NCBI GenBank assembly: GCA_045534555.1
Contig: JAZSJW010000024.1
Coordinates: forward strand, 1-54,489
DNA from: Clostridia bacterium
Lineage (GTDB): Bacteria > Bacillota > Clostridia > Christensenellales > UBA1242
Length of the DNA: 54,489 nt
Direction of reading: 5' to 3'
Position numbers and translations under genes: made by a program
The notes under the pieces: model-generated
What the model saw: the letters and a program-made list of their open reading frames with translations, nothing else
What the model was told of the DNA's origin: nothing
Databases searched by the model: none
Part shown: positions 17,079 to 25,903 of the stretch, in pieces
Position numbering within the stretch: position 1 is the stretch's first letter
How the letters are laid out: every line of letters starts with the position of its first letter

Positions 17079-19367
17079 ATGTCAGAGATTACAGATTTAG
17101 AAAAGGCTAAAGAATATGAGAAGCTTCTTGCGAAGCTTGAAGATACTTTTGGTGATTGGTTTAACGGTAAAATAGAAGCGCTAACGATGACCAGTAATCT
17201 TTATCCGTATACAAGCATGTTTAGTCCTATAAAAGTTAATAACATAGAAATCAAAAACAGGCTGGTTATGGGGCCAATGGGAAATGTAAATATGGCTGAT
17301 GAAACTGGTAGACCGAGTGAAAAAATGATTTCATATTTTGAAGCAAGGGCTAAGGGTGGTGTTGGTTTAATTACGACTGGTTTAGTTCCAACAAGCCATG
17401 GTATAGACCCAACTGTAACAGAAAAAGATGAGCTTTCATATTTTCCAAGAATTGATAGAAGTAGAACTAATCTTGTTGGTTGGAGGAATTTATCGTATGC
17501 AGTGCATAGCTACGGTTCAAAAATTTTTATACAATTAACCCCGGGTCTTGGTAGGGTTGGTAATCCTGAATGTTTGTTATCTAAATTTAAGTTACCTGTA
17601 TCAGCTTCAATGAACCCTAATTTTTATATGCCGGCAATTCCATGTAAAAGAATATCGGGAAGGGCATTAAAAAAGATTATCAAAAGAACAGGGCAAGCTG
17701 CAGCTGATGCTAAATTTTGTAATATAGATGGTGTATATCTTCATGGTCACGAGGGTTATCTTTTAGAACAAATGACAAATCCAGCCTATAACAGAAGATT
17801 AATGGGTAGATATTCTGCATGGCAACAATTTGGTATTGATATGGTTCATAAAATTCGTGAACGCTGTGGCAATAAATTTCCAATAATGTATAGAATAGAT
17901 TTATCGCTAATGCTAAATGCAACATATGGCGAAAGAATGAAAAAAATCAAAAGTCTAAAGAAATTTAGAGATGAAAGGTTGGTTATTGAAACTCTAGATT
18001 ACATGAAGAACCTTGTTAAAGCTGGTGTCGATATATTTGATGTTGATTTAGGTTCATATGATAACTGGTGGTTACCACATCCGCCATCAAGCATGCCATC
18101 GGGTTGCTTTTTAGAGGTTTCAGAGTTAGTAAAAAAATATTTTAAAGAAAATAATATATTATCAAATGCTGGGGTGGAGGTTCCTGTTGTTGCTGTTGGT
18201 AAACTTGGTTATCCTGATTTAGCTGAAAAAGCATTAAGAGAAAACAAATGTGACATGGTAATGCTTGCTCGTCCTCTTCTTGCAGACCCAGAATGGCCAA
18301 ATAAAGCATTTAAAGGTGACAGTAAAGATATAAGACCTTGCATTGGTTGTCACGAAGCGTGTATAAAAGAGTTTGTTGATGGAGGACATCCTCAATGTGC
18401 GGTCTGTCCAACAACAACATTTGAAACAGGTTTGTTAAGTGGTATTCCAAAAGCGGATATAAAAAAGAAAGTTGCAGTTATTGGCGCTGGTCCTGCGGGG
18501 GTTGTTGCTGCAAAAACATTACTTCTTCGTGGACATGATGTAACTTTATATGAAAAAGAAAATAGTGTGGGCGGAATGTTAGTTCTGGCCTCTGTACCAA
18601 AAATAAAATATGAATTAAAAAATTATGTAGAATATTTAACCAAAGTTGTAAATGACATGAAGAAGGAAAAATCTTTTACAGCAAAATTTGGAGTAAATGC
18701 AGATGCTAAAATGCTAAAAGATGAAAAATTTGATGCTGTTATTACAGCTACAGGCTCATCACAAATGGGGTTAAATATAAATGGTGCTGTACAAAAGCAT
18801 GTTTGTTCAGTTGTTGAGGTATTAAAAGATATTTCAAAACTAGAAAAAGCAAAAAATATAGTTATAATCGGTGGTGGAGATTCTGGTTGTGAATTAGCTT
18901 ACTACTGTAAATATGAATTAAATAAAAATGTAACAATTGTTGAAATAGCACCAACTCTTATGACGAATAGTTGTACAGCAAATAGAGGACATATTTTACA
19001 TTATCTTGAAAAAGCAAAAGTTATGTGTTATAATTGTTCTCAAGTTACAAGGATTAATGAAGATTCTGTTGAGATAATGACAAATGCTAGTAAAACAGTT
19101 CCTAATCCATATAATACATGGGAACCAGTTTTACCAGATAACATTCATAATCCATTGGCTAAAAAAATTAAGACATTACCAAAGGCTGTAAATGTAGATG
19201 CGGATTTAGTTGTGTTGGCGGCGGGAACCGTTTCAAACAATGAACTTTTTAAAAAATTACAGGAAGAAAATGTTGCACCTTTAATTTACAATGTTGGTGA
19301 TAGTAATAAATGTGGTAAAGTGTTTACTGCAGTAAAAACAGCATTTAATGTTGCAAAAACTCTATAG
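17079..19367 (+). CDS. NADH:flavin oxidoreductase, OYE/2-enoate-reductase-like Fe-S flavoenzyme
   Basis: FMN TIM barrel (IKNRLVMGPM, ARAKGGVGLI, YLHGHEGYLLEQ, ARPLLADPEW); 4Fe-4S motif CIGCHEAC...C; FAD GAGPAG and NAD GGGDSG Rossmann motifs. ATG 17079 follows GGAG. Confidence 0.9.
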   Translation: MSEITDLEKAKEYEKLLAKLEDTFGDWFNGKIEALTMTSNLYPYTSMFSPIKVNNIEIKNRLVMGPMGNVNMADETGRPSEKMISYFEARAKGGVGLITTGLVPTSHGIDPTVTEKDELSYFPRIDRSRTNLVGWRNLSYAVHSYGSKIFIQLTPGLGRVGNPECLLSKFKLPVSASMNPNFYMPAIPCKRISGRALKKIIKRTGQAAADAKFCNIDGVYLHGHEGYLLEQMTNPAYNRRLMGRYSAWQQFGIDMVHKIRERCGNKFPIMYRIDLSLMLNATYGERMKKIKSLKKFRDERLVIETLDYMKNLVKAGVDIFDVDLGSYDNWWLPHPPSSMPSGCFLEVSELVKKYFKENNILSNAGVEVPVVAVGKLGYPDLAEKALRENKCDMVMLARPLLADPEWPNKAFKGDSKDIRPCIGCHEACIKEFVDGGHPQCAVCPTTTFETGLLSGIPKADIKKKVAVIGAGPAGVVAAKTLLLRGHDVTLYEKENSVGGMLVLASVPKIKYELKNYVEYLTKVVNDMKKEKSFTAKFGVNADAKMLKDEKFDAVITATGSSQMGLNINGAVQKHVCSVVEVLKDISKLEKAKNIVIIGGGDSGCELAYYCKYELNKNVTIVEIAPTLMTNSCTANRGHILHYLEKAKVMCYNCSQVTRINEDSVEIMTNASKTVPNPYNTWEPVLPDNIHNPLAKKIKTLPKAVNVDADLVVLAAGTVSNNELFKKLQEENVAPLIYNVGDSNKCGKVFTAVKTAFNVAKTL

Positions 19368-19392
19368 AAAAAACCTTAAAGGGAAGAAAATT

Positions 19393-20790
19393 ATGGGACT
19401 AAAAATTTATAATTCGTTTACAAAACAAAAAGAAGTGTTTAAACCAATTAACTTAGGACGTGTTAATATGTATGTGTGTGGACCAACAGTTTATGGTCCG
19501 CCACATCTTGGTCATGCTAGAAGCTATACAAACTTTGACGTTGTTTATAGATATCTTCAATATCTTGGATATAAGGTAAAATATGTTCAAAATATAACTG
19601 ATGTTGGTCACTTGGTTGGTGATGGAGATGAAGGTGAAGATAAGATTGCAAAACAGGCAAGAAAAGAAAATATTGATGCTTATGAAATAGCATATAAATA
19701 TGAAACTATGTATTTTGAATATATGGAAAAGCTTAATATCTTAAAGCCATCTATTTCTGCAAGAGCAACAGGTTTTATTCCTGAAATGATAGAAATGGTT
19801 AAGGAGATTTTAGATAGAGGCTATGCATATATAACAAAACAAGGTAATATTTATTTTGATGTTAGAAAATTTTCAAAGTACGGTCAACTTTCAAACAGAA
19901 GTTTAGACAATACAAAGTCGGGTGAAAGAATAGATGTTGCTTCTGATAAAAGAGCTCCAGAAGATTTTGCTATTTGGAAAAGTGTAGAGCCGGGAACTTT
20001 GATGAAGTGGAATTCGCCTTGGGGTGAAGGTTGTCCTGGTTGGCATTTAGAGTGTTCTGTGTTATCTAGAAAATTTTTAGGTAAAACGTTTGATATTCAT
20101 GGTGGCGGAATTGATAATATTTTCCCGCATCATGAATGTGAATGTGCACAAAGTGAAGTTGCTAATGGTCAAAGATTTGTTAATTTCTTTATGCATAACA
20201 ATTTAGTTACTGTTAATGGGACAAAAATGGGTAAGTCTCTAGGAAACTTTATAACACTAGAAGATTTATTTAAAATTTGTGACCCAATGCATGTAAGATA
20301 CTTTATAAATTTATTCCATTATAGAACTCCGGTTGACTTCACTATTGATGCAATTAAAAAAGCTGGTGAGCAATTTGAAAAGATTAAAGAAGTTTATTTA
20401 AAAGCAAATGAATTGGCTGGTGGTGAAGCAGAAGAAATTAAAGTAGATGTTATAAAAGAAATTTTAAATAAATTTGAATTAGCTATGGACGAAGATTTTA
20501 ATACTCCAGTTGCAGTTTCAGAGCTTTTAAAAGTGACAAAAATAAAACTCGAAAACAAGCAAATCGCAGGTGAAGTTGTTTCTTTAATGAATAAAATTGG
20601 TTTTGTTTTAGGCTTAGATTTTTCGTCTAAAGAAGAAACAAAACAAGATAATTCTAACGAAGAAAAGTTACTTGAAATTATTGCAAAAGTAAGAAATCAA
20701 CTTCGCATGGAAAAGAATTATCAAATGAGTGATTTTATTCGTGACGAAATGGCGAAATCAGGAATTTCAGTTCAAGATAAGAAGTTATAA
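19393..20790 (+). CDS. cysS: Cysteine--tRNA ligase
   Basis: MYVCGPTVY, HLGH, PGWHLEC, DIHGGG..FPHHECE, KMGKS. ATG 19393 is the likely start. Confidence 0.98.
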   Translation: MGLKIYNSFTKQKEVFKPINLGRVNMYVCGPTVYGPPHLGHARSYTNFDVVYRYLQYLGYKVKYVQNITDVGHLVGDGDEGEDKIAKQARKENIDAYEIAYKYETMYFEYMEKLNILKPSISARATGFIPEMIEMVKEILDRGYAYITKQGNIYFDVRKFSKYGQLSNRSLDNTKSGERIDVASDKRAPEDFAIWKSVEPGTLMKWNSPWGEGCPGWHLECSVLSRKFLGKTFDIHGGGIDNIFPHHECECAQSEVANGQRFVNFFMHNNLVTVNGTKMGKSLGNFITLEDLFKICDPMHVRYFINLFHYRTPVDFTIDAIKKAGEQFEKIKEVYLKANELAGGEAEEIKVDVIKEILNKFELAMDEDFNTPVAVSELLKVTKIKLENKQIAGEVVSLMNKIGFVLGLDFSSKEETKQDNSNEEKLLEIIAKVRNQLRMEKNYQMSDFIRDEMAKSGISVQDKKL

Positions 20791-20794
20791 ATAT

Positions 20795-20835
20795 AAAAAA
20801 GGAAGAGCTATAATATAAATTTAGCTCTTTTTTTT
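20795..20835 (+). terminator. Rho-independent terminator after cysS
   Basis: AAGAGCTA...TAGCTCTT followed by a long T-run. Confidence 0.75.
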
Positions 20836-20854
20836 GTTTTTTTTGGAGGTGTTA

Positions 20855-20883
20855 TTGAAATGAACTTTAATATAGTGTATAAT
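20855..20883 (+). promoter_or_regulatory. SigA-type promoter
   Basis: TTGAAA-N17-TATAAT; SD AGGAG before ATG 20911. Confidence 0.7.
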
Positions 20884-20910
20884 AAAACCATATAAATTTA
20901 GGAGTTAATT

Positions 20911-22323
20911 ATGGGATTTATTAAAAATTTTTTTAAGTATGACAAGATTGAGTGGTTAAAAGCCGGTTATGCTATTGGTCATGTTAGGGGTAAGGCGACT
21001 AAAGATTTGCTAAAGAATGGTAAAGTTCTTGAAGAAAACATTTGTTCTGTGTCAAATAATATGTTAAGAAATGTTAGGGATTTTAATGAGTCTATATTTT
21101 TAGTTAGAAAAGAAGATGCTCAAAGACCAAACCGTGATGAAGAGGGTAATTTTTTATATAAAGATGGAAAATGGGAGCCTTATTACGACTATACAATAAT
21201 TGATAGACAGGGTAATGTTATTTTTAAAAGTTTAAATGAGGTTGTTAGGCTTGGTGGCATTAAAGAAGATTTAGTTAATTTTGATAATAGTAATGCAAAA
21301 ATCAAACAATACGTATTCCAAAGAGGATCTAATAGTTTTGCTCTTTTAATACCTTCAAGACATTATGTTTCAGATTGGTTCAAAGAAATTGGTGAACCTG
21401 ATGAACAAGGTAGAAGAAAGGTAACAGAGTCGGATTTAGATACTAGACTTAAGCAAATACCAGCAGGAAGAAACTTGAGTTATTATATTAATGAAGTTGG
21501 TGAAAGGGTTTCTCCGCAGTTTGTTTCAGAAGTTGATGCGGGAGATTATGTTATTTTATGGGCTCCAGATGATCAAGAAAATATGTACGATTATATTTGC
21601 GATAAAAAAGATTTTAGTAGAATGAGTTATGGCCATCCAACAATTGAATATTCTAAAGGAAAGTTCTTTGCTAAAAATGGGCCAAATACTTGTTTTTTAA
21701 TAGATGAACAAGGCAAAAGGATATCTAGTAATTTAACTCGTTATTGGGTTTTAGATAATGGAACTGCGGTTTGTGAAGAAAATTATAATAAAGTCAATAT
21801 TTATAATAAAGACTATAAACTATGTTGCGTTTTAGATAATCCTGTAGTATGTGGGAAAACTGGTGTTGTAGTTGGTAGGGTTTATGGTGAAAAAGATTAT
21901 GTTATGTTTGGCTTAGACCTCAATAAAAAGTATCCGGTGAACAGGAATTGTGCAGAATTAATTATAAAAATTTTAGGTGGTTCGGTTCCGCCAAAGCATT
22001 ATACAGCAGGGCTTGTTGAAGGGTTGACTGAAGCCGACATTGAACAAACTGTTACGGCATATGAAGAAATAATGAAAGAAAATTCAAAGTTATCACCAGA
22101 CAATGCTTTTTGTAAAATTTTATCAGTTACTGCAAAACTTGAATTTTTAAAAGAGTTGAAAGAAGCCATGCAATTTTCTGTTAGAAAAACCAGAAATGAG
22201 TTGAAAGATTTAGATAAAGAAAAATTTAAAAAGACTAAACTTTTAAGAGGTAAAATAAAGCAGAAAAAACTGATTGAAGAAATCCTTTTAGATGGTGTTG
22301 ATGAGTGCTTGGCAAAAGAATAA
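20911..22323 (+). CDS. Hypothetical protein (paralog A): beta-repeat (WG-repeat-like) region + C-terminal helical/coiled-coil tail
   Basis: Repeated 'hhID..G..hS..' units (IIDRQGNVIF, YINEVGERVS, LIDEQGKRIS); collinear similarity to the next ORF. Confidence 0.8.
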   Translation: MGFIKNFFKYDKIEWLKAGYAIGHVRGKATKDLLKNGKVLEENICSVSNNMLRNVRDFNESIFLVRKEDAQRPNRDEEGNFLYKDGKWEPYYDYTIIDRQGNVIFKSLNEVVRLGGIKEDLVNFDNSNAKIKQYVFQRGSNSFALLIPSRHYVSDWFKEIGEPDEQGRRKVTESDLDTRLKQIPAGRNLSYYINEVGERVSPQFVSEVDAGDYVILWAPDDQENMYDYICDKKDFSRMSYGHPTIEYSKGKFFAKNGPNTCFLIDEQGKRISSNLTRYWVLDNGTAVCEENYNKVNIYNKDYKLCCVLDNPVVCGKTGVVVGRVYGEKDYVMFGLDLNKKYPVNRNCAELIIKILGGSVPPKHYTAGLVEGLTEADIEQTVTAYEEIMKENSKLSPDNAFCKILSVTAKLEFLKELKEAMQFSVRKTRNELKDLDKEKFKKTKLLRGKIKQKKLIEEILLDGVDECLAKE

Positions 22324-22344
22324 AAACTCAATTAATAATTAAAT

Positions 22345-22377
22345 AATAAAAAGTGAAGAAAATCTTCACTTTTTATT
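22345..22377 (+). terminator. Rho-independent terminator
   Basis: AATAAAAAGTGAAGA-aaa-TCTTCACTTTTTATT. Confidence 0.85.
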
Positions 22378-22461
22378 TATTAATTTTTTAAAAGTATTGA
22401 TTTTGTTAAAGTAGATAATATATAATTAAATTAACAAATATATTTAATAAGGGGCAAAGAT

Positions 22462-23763
22462 ATGGGAGTTTTTTCAAAAATTGTAAACAAGTTTAAATTT
22501 AGTGAGGTTAGCCCTTTAGATGATAAGGGGTTATTGTCTAAAGGTGATTATGGTGATGGCCGCGTAGCCTTACTAAAAAAAGGTAAAGTTATTGATGATA
22601 ACTTGAAAGCTTTTTCGGGTAATCTAGTTTATCCAATTAAACAAAATGCAAGCAAAGAGTTGCTTTTAGCAAAAACACAAGATGGCGACTTTAAGGTGTA
22701 TTTTTCGAACGGTGATGTATTTATTGATAGTATCAACAATCCATCAGATACTGATGTTTTAGTAACTTACGAGGATAATATTTGTATTGTTGATTATGAA
22801 GATGGTTTAAGTCAGTTTGTAATTGTTCCAGAACTTATGTTTATTAGCGAAGATTTAAGTTTTGTCGATGAAATTGGTGCAGATGGTTTGAGATTTGTTT
22901 CTCAGAAAAAATTTGATGAAGATTTTCAGTTGTCATATTATGTGGATAATGAGTTTAAAGTTGTTTCACCAAGTTTTGTTGAGGAACAAGATGTTGGAGA
23001 ATATAAAATTTTAACAATCTTAGATAAAGATGGTCTCAAAAATATTATTTGTGATAATACTTATAAGGTTTTATCTCAAGCATATGAAGAAATTAATTAT
23101 GTTGATGGTAAATTTATTGCTAATAACAAAAATGGAGAAACATTTTTAATTGATGAAAAGGGTGATGCGTTAACAAAAGATTTGGCTAATTATCACATCT
23201 TCAGAAATGGGTGTGTTTTGGCTGAAGAAAGTGGTAAAAATGCTACCAAATTAATTGATGGCAATAATGAAACTGTTGAAATTGTAAGAGAACCAATTGT
23301 TGATAAAAATGCTGGTGTTATTGCAGGATTTGTTGGTGGTAGATATGTTATGTTTGGTTATGACTATCAAGACAGATATGAAGTTGACGAACATGTTGCA
23401 AAACTTATTATTGATAAACTTCAAGGTAAAAAACTTGCTTCTCAATATGTTACTTACGTTCTAGATAATGAAATCGATATGAAACCAACAATGGAAGCTT
23501 ATGAAAAAATTGTTAAAGCTAATTTTGAGAAAGACCCAACAAATGAAGTGTTACAAGATTTAGGTGAAAATGCTAGAACAAAGTTTATTTTAGCATTAGA
23601 TAAAGTATCTAGTGATAGAGTAAAGAGAACTCAAAAGCAAATTGAACAAATGCAGGAGGAGAGTGCTAGAATTTTGTCTAAAGCTGCTTTAGTTAGAAAA
23701 AAACAAGGTAAAGCTTCTAAATTCAATAGCAAAATTAATGAAACCGAAGAAGAAAAAGAATAA
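22462..23763 (+). CDS. Hypothetical protein (paralog B): beta-repeat region + C-terminal coiled-coil tail
   Basis: SD AAGGGG; motifs YVDNEFKVVSPSF, FLIDEKGDALT and RYVMFG match the preceding ORF. Confidence 0.8.
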   Translation: MGVFSKIVNKFKFSEVSPLDDKGLLSKGDYGDGRVALLKKGKVIDDNLKAFSGNLVYPIKQNASKELLLAKTQDGDFKVYFSNGDVFIDSINNPSDTDVLVTYEDNICIVDYEDGLSQFVIVPELMFISEDLSFVDEIGADGLRFVSQKKFDEDFQLSYYVDNEFKVVSPSFVEEQDVGEYKILTILDKDGLKNIICDNTYKVLSQAYEEINYVDGKFIANNKNGETFLIDEKGDALTKDLANYHIFRNGCVLAEESGKNATKLIDGNNETVEIVREPIVDKNAGVIAGFVGGRYVMFGYDYQDRYEVDEHVAKLIIDKLQGKKLASQYVTYVLDNEIDMKPTMEAYEKIVKANFEKDPTNEVLQDLGENARTKFILALDKVSSDRVKRTQKQIEQMQEESARILSKAALVRKKQGKASKFNSKINETEEEKE

Positions 23764-23767
23764 AATT

Positions 23768-23798
23768 AAAAAAGCCTCAAATATTTGAGGCTTTTTTT
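23768..23798. terminator. Bidirectional terminator
   Basis: AAAAAAGCCTCAAA-ta-TTTGAGGCTTTTTT between convergent genes. Confidence 0.85.
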
Positions 23799-24663
23799 AA
23801 GGGGTAACAAAAGTTCCTGATATTGTAATTATTGCACTATTGTCAATGCCTGTTTCAAATCCTTCAATTATAATTGGTCGGCCCGAGGCATTTGGTAAAG
23901 TTAATGTGTTAGTTGTTGTGTTTATTGTGTATTCTGAAGGTGAATAATTATAAGTTGTACCATTTTGTGAAATGCTTATATTGTTGATTGTAAATCCATC
24001 AGGAAGGGTGTCTGTAATTACAACATCAGAAGCACTTAAAGAACCTTGGTTTGAAACGGTGATAGTGTAATCAAGGTTGTCTCCAGAGTTAATCACTGAT
24101 TGATTGCTTTGTTTAATAATTACTAAGCTTGCATCATTTACTCTAGAAATTGTTTGGCTTGTGCTTTCTGTATATGTGTTTGTACCGCTTTCATCTGTTG
24201 CGGTAACTGTTGCAGTGTTTGTAATACTTGCTATTTCTTGTGCTAACGTTTCGTTTACTTGTGCTACGTAAATTAGATTAATAGATTCGCCTACGCCTAA
24301 AGTTGTTGGTAAAGTAAATGTTAAAGGTGAAGTTGATGTAGGGTTGATTGTAGAAATGTTGTCTCCAATGATTAATCTAGCTGATGATAATAAATAGGTT
24401 AATGGTGATACTGTACCAGAACCTAATCCCAAGTCGTCAGATAGAGAAAAGTTTGTTAATGGATTGGCACCATCATTTGTGATTGTAATTGCAAAAGTTA
24501 CGTTTTCGCCAGGAATAAAACCTTGTTGTAAAGACTGTTTTGACACGGTAAAACTAAAGTCTTCAATTAATGTTGTATTTGCAACATTTGATGTTCTTGT
24601 TTCAGGTGCTCTTGCTCCAGTATAAGTATACGATACACTTGCTTGGTTATTTAAAATTGCCAT
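23797..24663 (-). CDS. DUF11 (conserved repeat) domain protein, two Ig-like repeats, no signal peptide
   Basis: VSKQS..PGENVTFAITITNDG..LSDDL and IIKQSN..SGDNLDYTITVSNQG..ASDVVITDTLPDG; strong SD AGGAGG. Confidence 0.85.
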   Translation of the reverse strand: MAILNNQASVSYTYTGARAPETRTSNVANTTLIEDFSFTVSKQSLQQGFIPGENVTFAITITNDGANPLTNFSLSDDLGLGSGTVSPLTYLLSSARLIIGDNISTINPTSTSPLTFTLPTTLGVGESINLIYVAQVNETLAQEIASITNTATVTATDESGTNTYTESTSQTISRVNDASLVIIKQSNQSVINSGDNLDYTITVSNQGSLSASDVVITDTLPDGFTINNISISQNGTTYNYSPSEYTINTTTNTLTLPNASGRPIIIEGFETGIDNSAIITISGTFVTP

Positions 24664-24703
24664 TTTTTCCTCCTATAATATTGGCAAATTTCTTTGCCTA
24701 TTA

Positions 24704-24732
24704 TATTATATTCAGTAAGAAAGAATATGGTT
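24704..24732 (-). promoter_or_regulatory. Possible SigK-type sporulation promoter of the DUF11 gene
   Basis: Minus strand AACC-N16-AATATAATA resembles the SigK pattern mACm-N16-CATA---TA, with one mismatch in the -10. Confidence 0.35.
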
Positions 24733-24752
24733 AAAAAAAATTACAAAAAACG

Positions 24753-24781
24753 TTGCAAAAAACAATTGTTTGTGATAAAAT
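24753..24781 (+). promoter_or_regulatory. SigA-type promoter of tRNA-Leu
   Basis: TTGCAA-N17-TAAAAT with a TG extended -10. Confidence 0.75.
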
Positions 24782-24804
24782 CAAAACATCTAGTAGATAA
24801 TCGT

Positions 24805-24890
24805 GCTGGTGTGGTGGAATGGCAGACGCGTCGGACTCAAAATCCGATGTTGGCAACAACGTGTGGGTACAAGTCCCACCACCAGCACCA
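24805..24890 (+). tRNA. tRNA-Leu (anticodon CAA)
   Basis: Acceptor stem GCTGGTG/CACCAGC plus A-CCA; D-arm GTGGAATGGCAGAC; anticodon arm TCGGA-ctCAAaa-TCCGA; long variable arm GTTG-g-CAAC region; T-arm GTGGG-TACAAGT-CCCAC. Confidence 0.96.
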
Positions 24891-24896
24891 TATATT

Positions 24897-24922
24897 CTAA
24901 GGTGTTAAGCCTTAGTTTTTTT
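24897..24922 (+). terminator. Terminator after tRNA-Leu
   Basis: CTAAGG-tgttaag-CCTTAG-TTTTTTT. Confidence 0.7.
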
Positions 24923-24950
24923 ATATTTTAGAATGTTAATGGAGTAGTAT

Positions 24951-25673
24951 ATGATTTCTGACTGGATTAGAGGGCTTTTAAAAGAAGATTATGTTTTAAA
25001 AAGAATGAGCTGGGATAGCATAAATTATTCTTTTTATAGTAATCAAAAAGAAAACTTACAAGACCAAGGTGTTGAAAACTTGGGCTTGAATAATTTCCTT
25101 TCGGTTATTAAAACTTCCCCAAGATTTAATGTGTTTTTGAAGTATTTAGAAAATATAAAAAGGGAATTTATTTATAAAAGTGAGTGTCATGGTATAACGC
25201 ATAATGAGAGAGTTGCTCTTTTTAGTTTTTATTTAGCAGAAAAGCTTGGTCTTAATGATAAGGATTTAAAAATTGCTTTATACGGCGCCATTTATCATGA
25301 TATAGGTAGACACAATGATTTAACAGATGATTATCATGGTTTAGAAAGTGCAAAAAAACTTCATAAATTAAACTTGAATTTAACTGAAGATGAAATGAAT
25401 TGTTTAAAAGCTATTGTAACTGCACATAGTGTAGATGATGAAGAGTTTTATGAAATTGCTTATGAGAATAAGGTGCAAGATTATGAAAGGTGTGAAACTT
25501 TATTTAAAATTTTAAAAGATAGTGATGGGTTAGATAGGGTTAGACTTGGTTATCCTGTTGTAAGCCCAAGGTTTATAAGAAATAGAGAGGCAAAAGAAAT
25601 TATTTTGGCAGCATATGAATTGTATGAAAACTTTTGTTACTTAAATAAAGACAATAATCAAGAAAAACAATAA
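24951..25673 (+). CDS. HD-domain metal-dependent phosphohydrolase
   Basis: HGITHNERV...YHDIGR...HGLES...AHS...KDSDGLDRVR. Confidence 0.85.
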   Translation: MISDWIRGLLKEDYVLKRMSWDSINYSFYSNQKENLQDQGVENLGLNNFLSVIKTSPRFNVFLKYLENIKREFIYKSECHGITHNERVALFSFYLAEKLGLNDKDLKIALYGAIYHDIGRHNDLTDDYHGLESAKKLHKLNLNLTEDEMNCLKAIVTAHSVDDEEFYEIAYENKVQDYERCETLFKILKDSDGLDRVRLGYPVVSPRFIRNREAKEIILAAYELYENFCYLNKDNNQEKQ

Positions 25674-25679
25674 TAATTT

Positions 25680-25704
25680 AAACTCCGCAGTTGCGGAGTT
25701 TTTT
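25680..25704 (+). terminator. Rho-independent terminator
   Basis: AAACTCCGCA-gt-TGCGGAGTTT followed by TTT. Confidence 0.8.
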
Positions 25705-25903
25705 ATGTGATTTTATCTATTGACGAATTTTATTCATCTTTTTTCTTATAAAATATTAATTTTTGCACTTTTTAATGTGTGAGTAAGATTTTTATTGTAA
25801 GAAAACATTGTACGATATTTTTTGATTAAAGCTAAAATTCTTGATAATGTTGTCTATATTATGATATATTAATTATTGTAAGAAAATTAAGGAGATAAAA
25901 TTA

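Noticed and set aside
17079-19367. Assignment as bilirubin reductase BilR or a bai operon enzyme
   Set aside because: The active-site motif is HGHEGY rather than the BilR HGDR, and no other bai genes are adjacent; only the family-level call is supported.
24694-24900. 68-aa ORF
   Set aside because: It spans the tRNA-Leu gene and its promoter; spurious.
24805-25704. Integrative element or prophage at the tRNA-Leu 3' end carrying the HD gene
   Set aside because: No integrase, no duplicated tRNA 3' end (att) and no phage genes seen.
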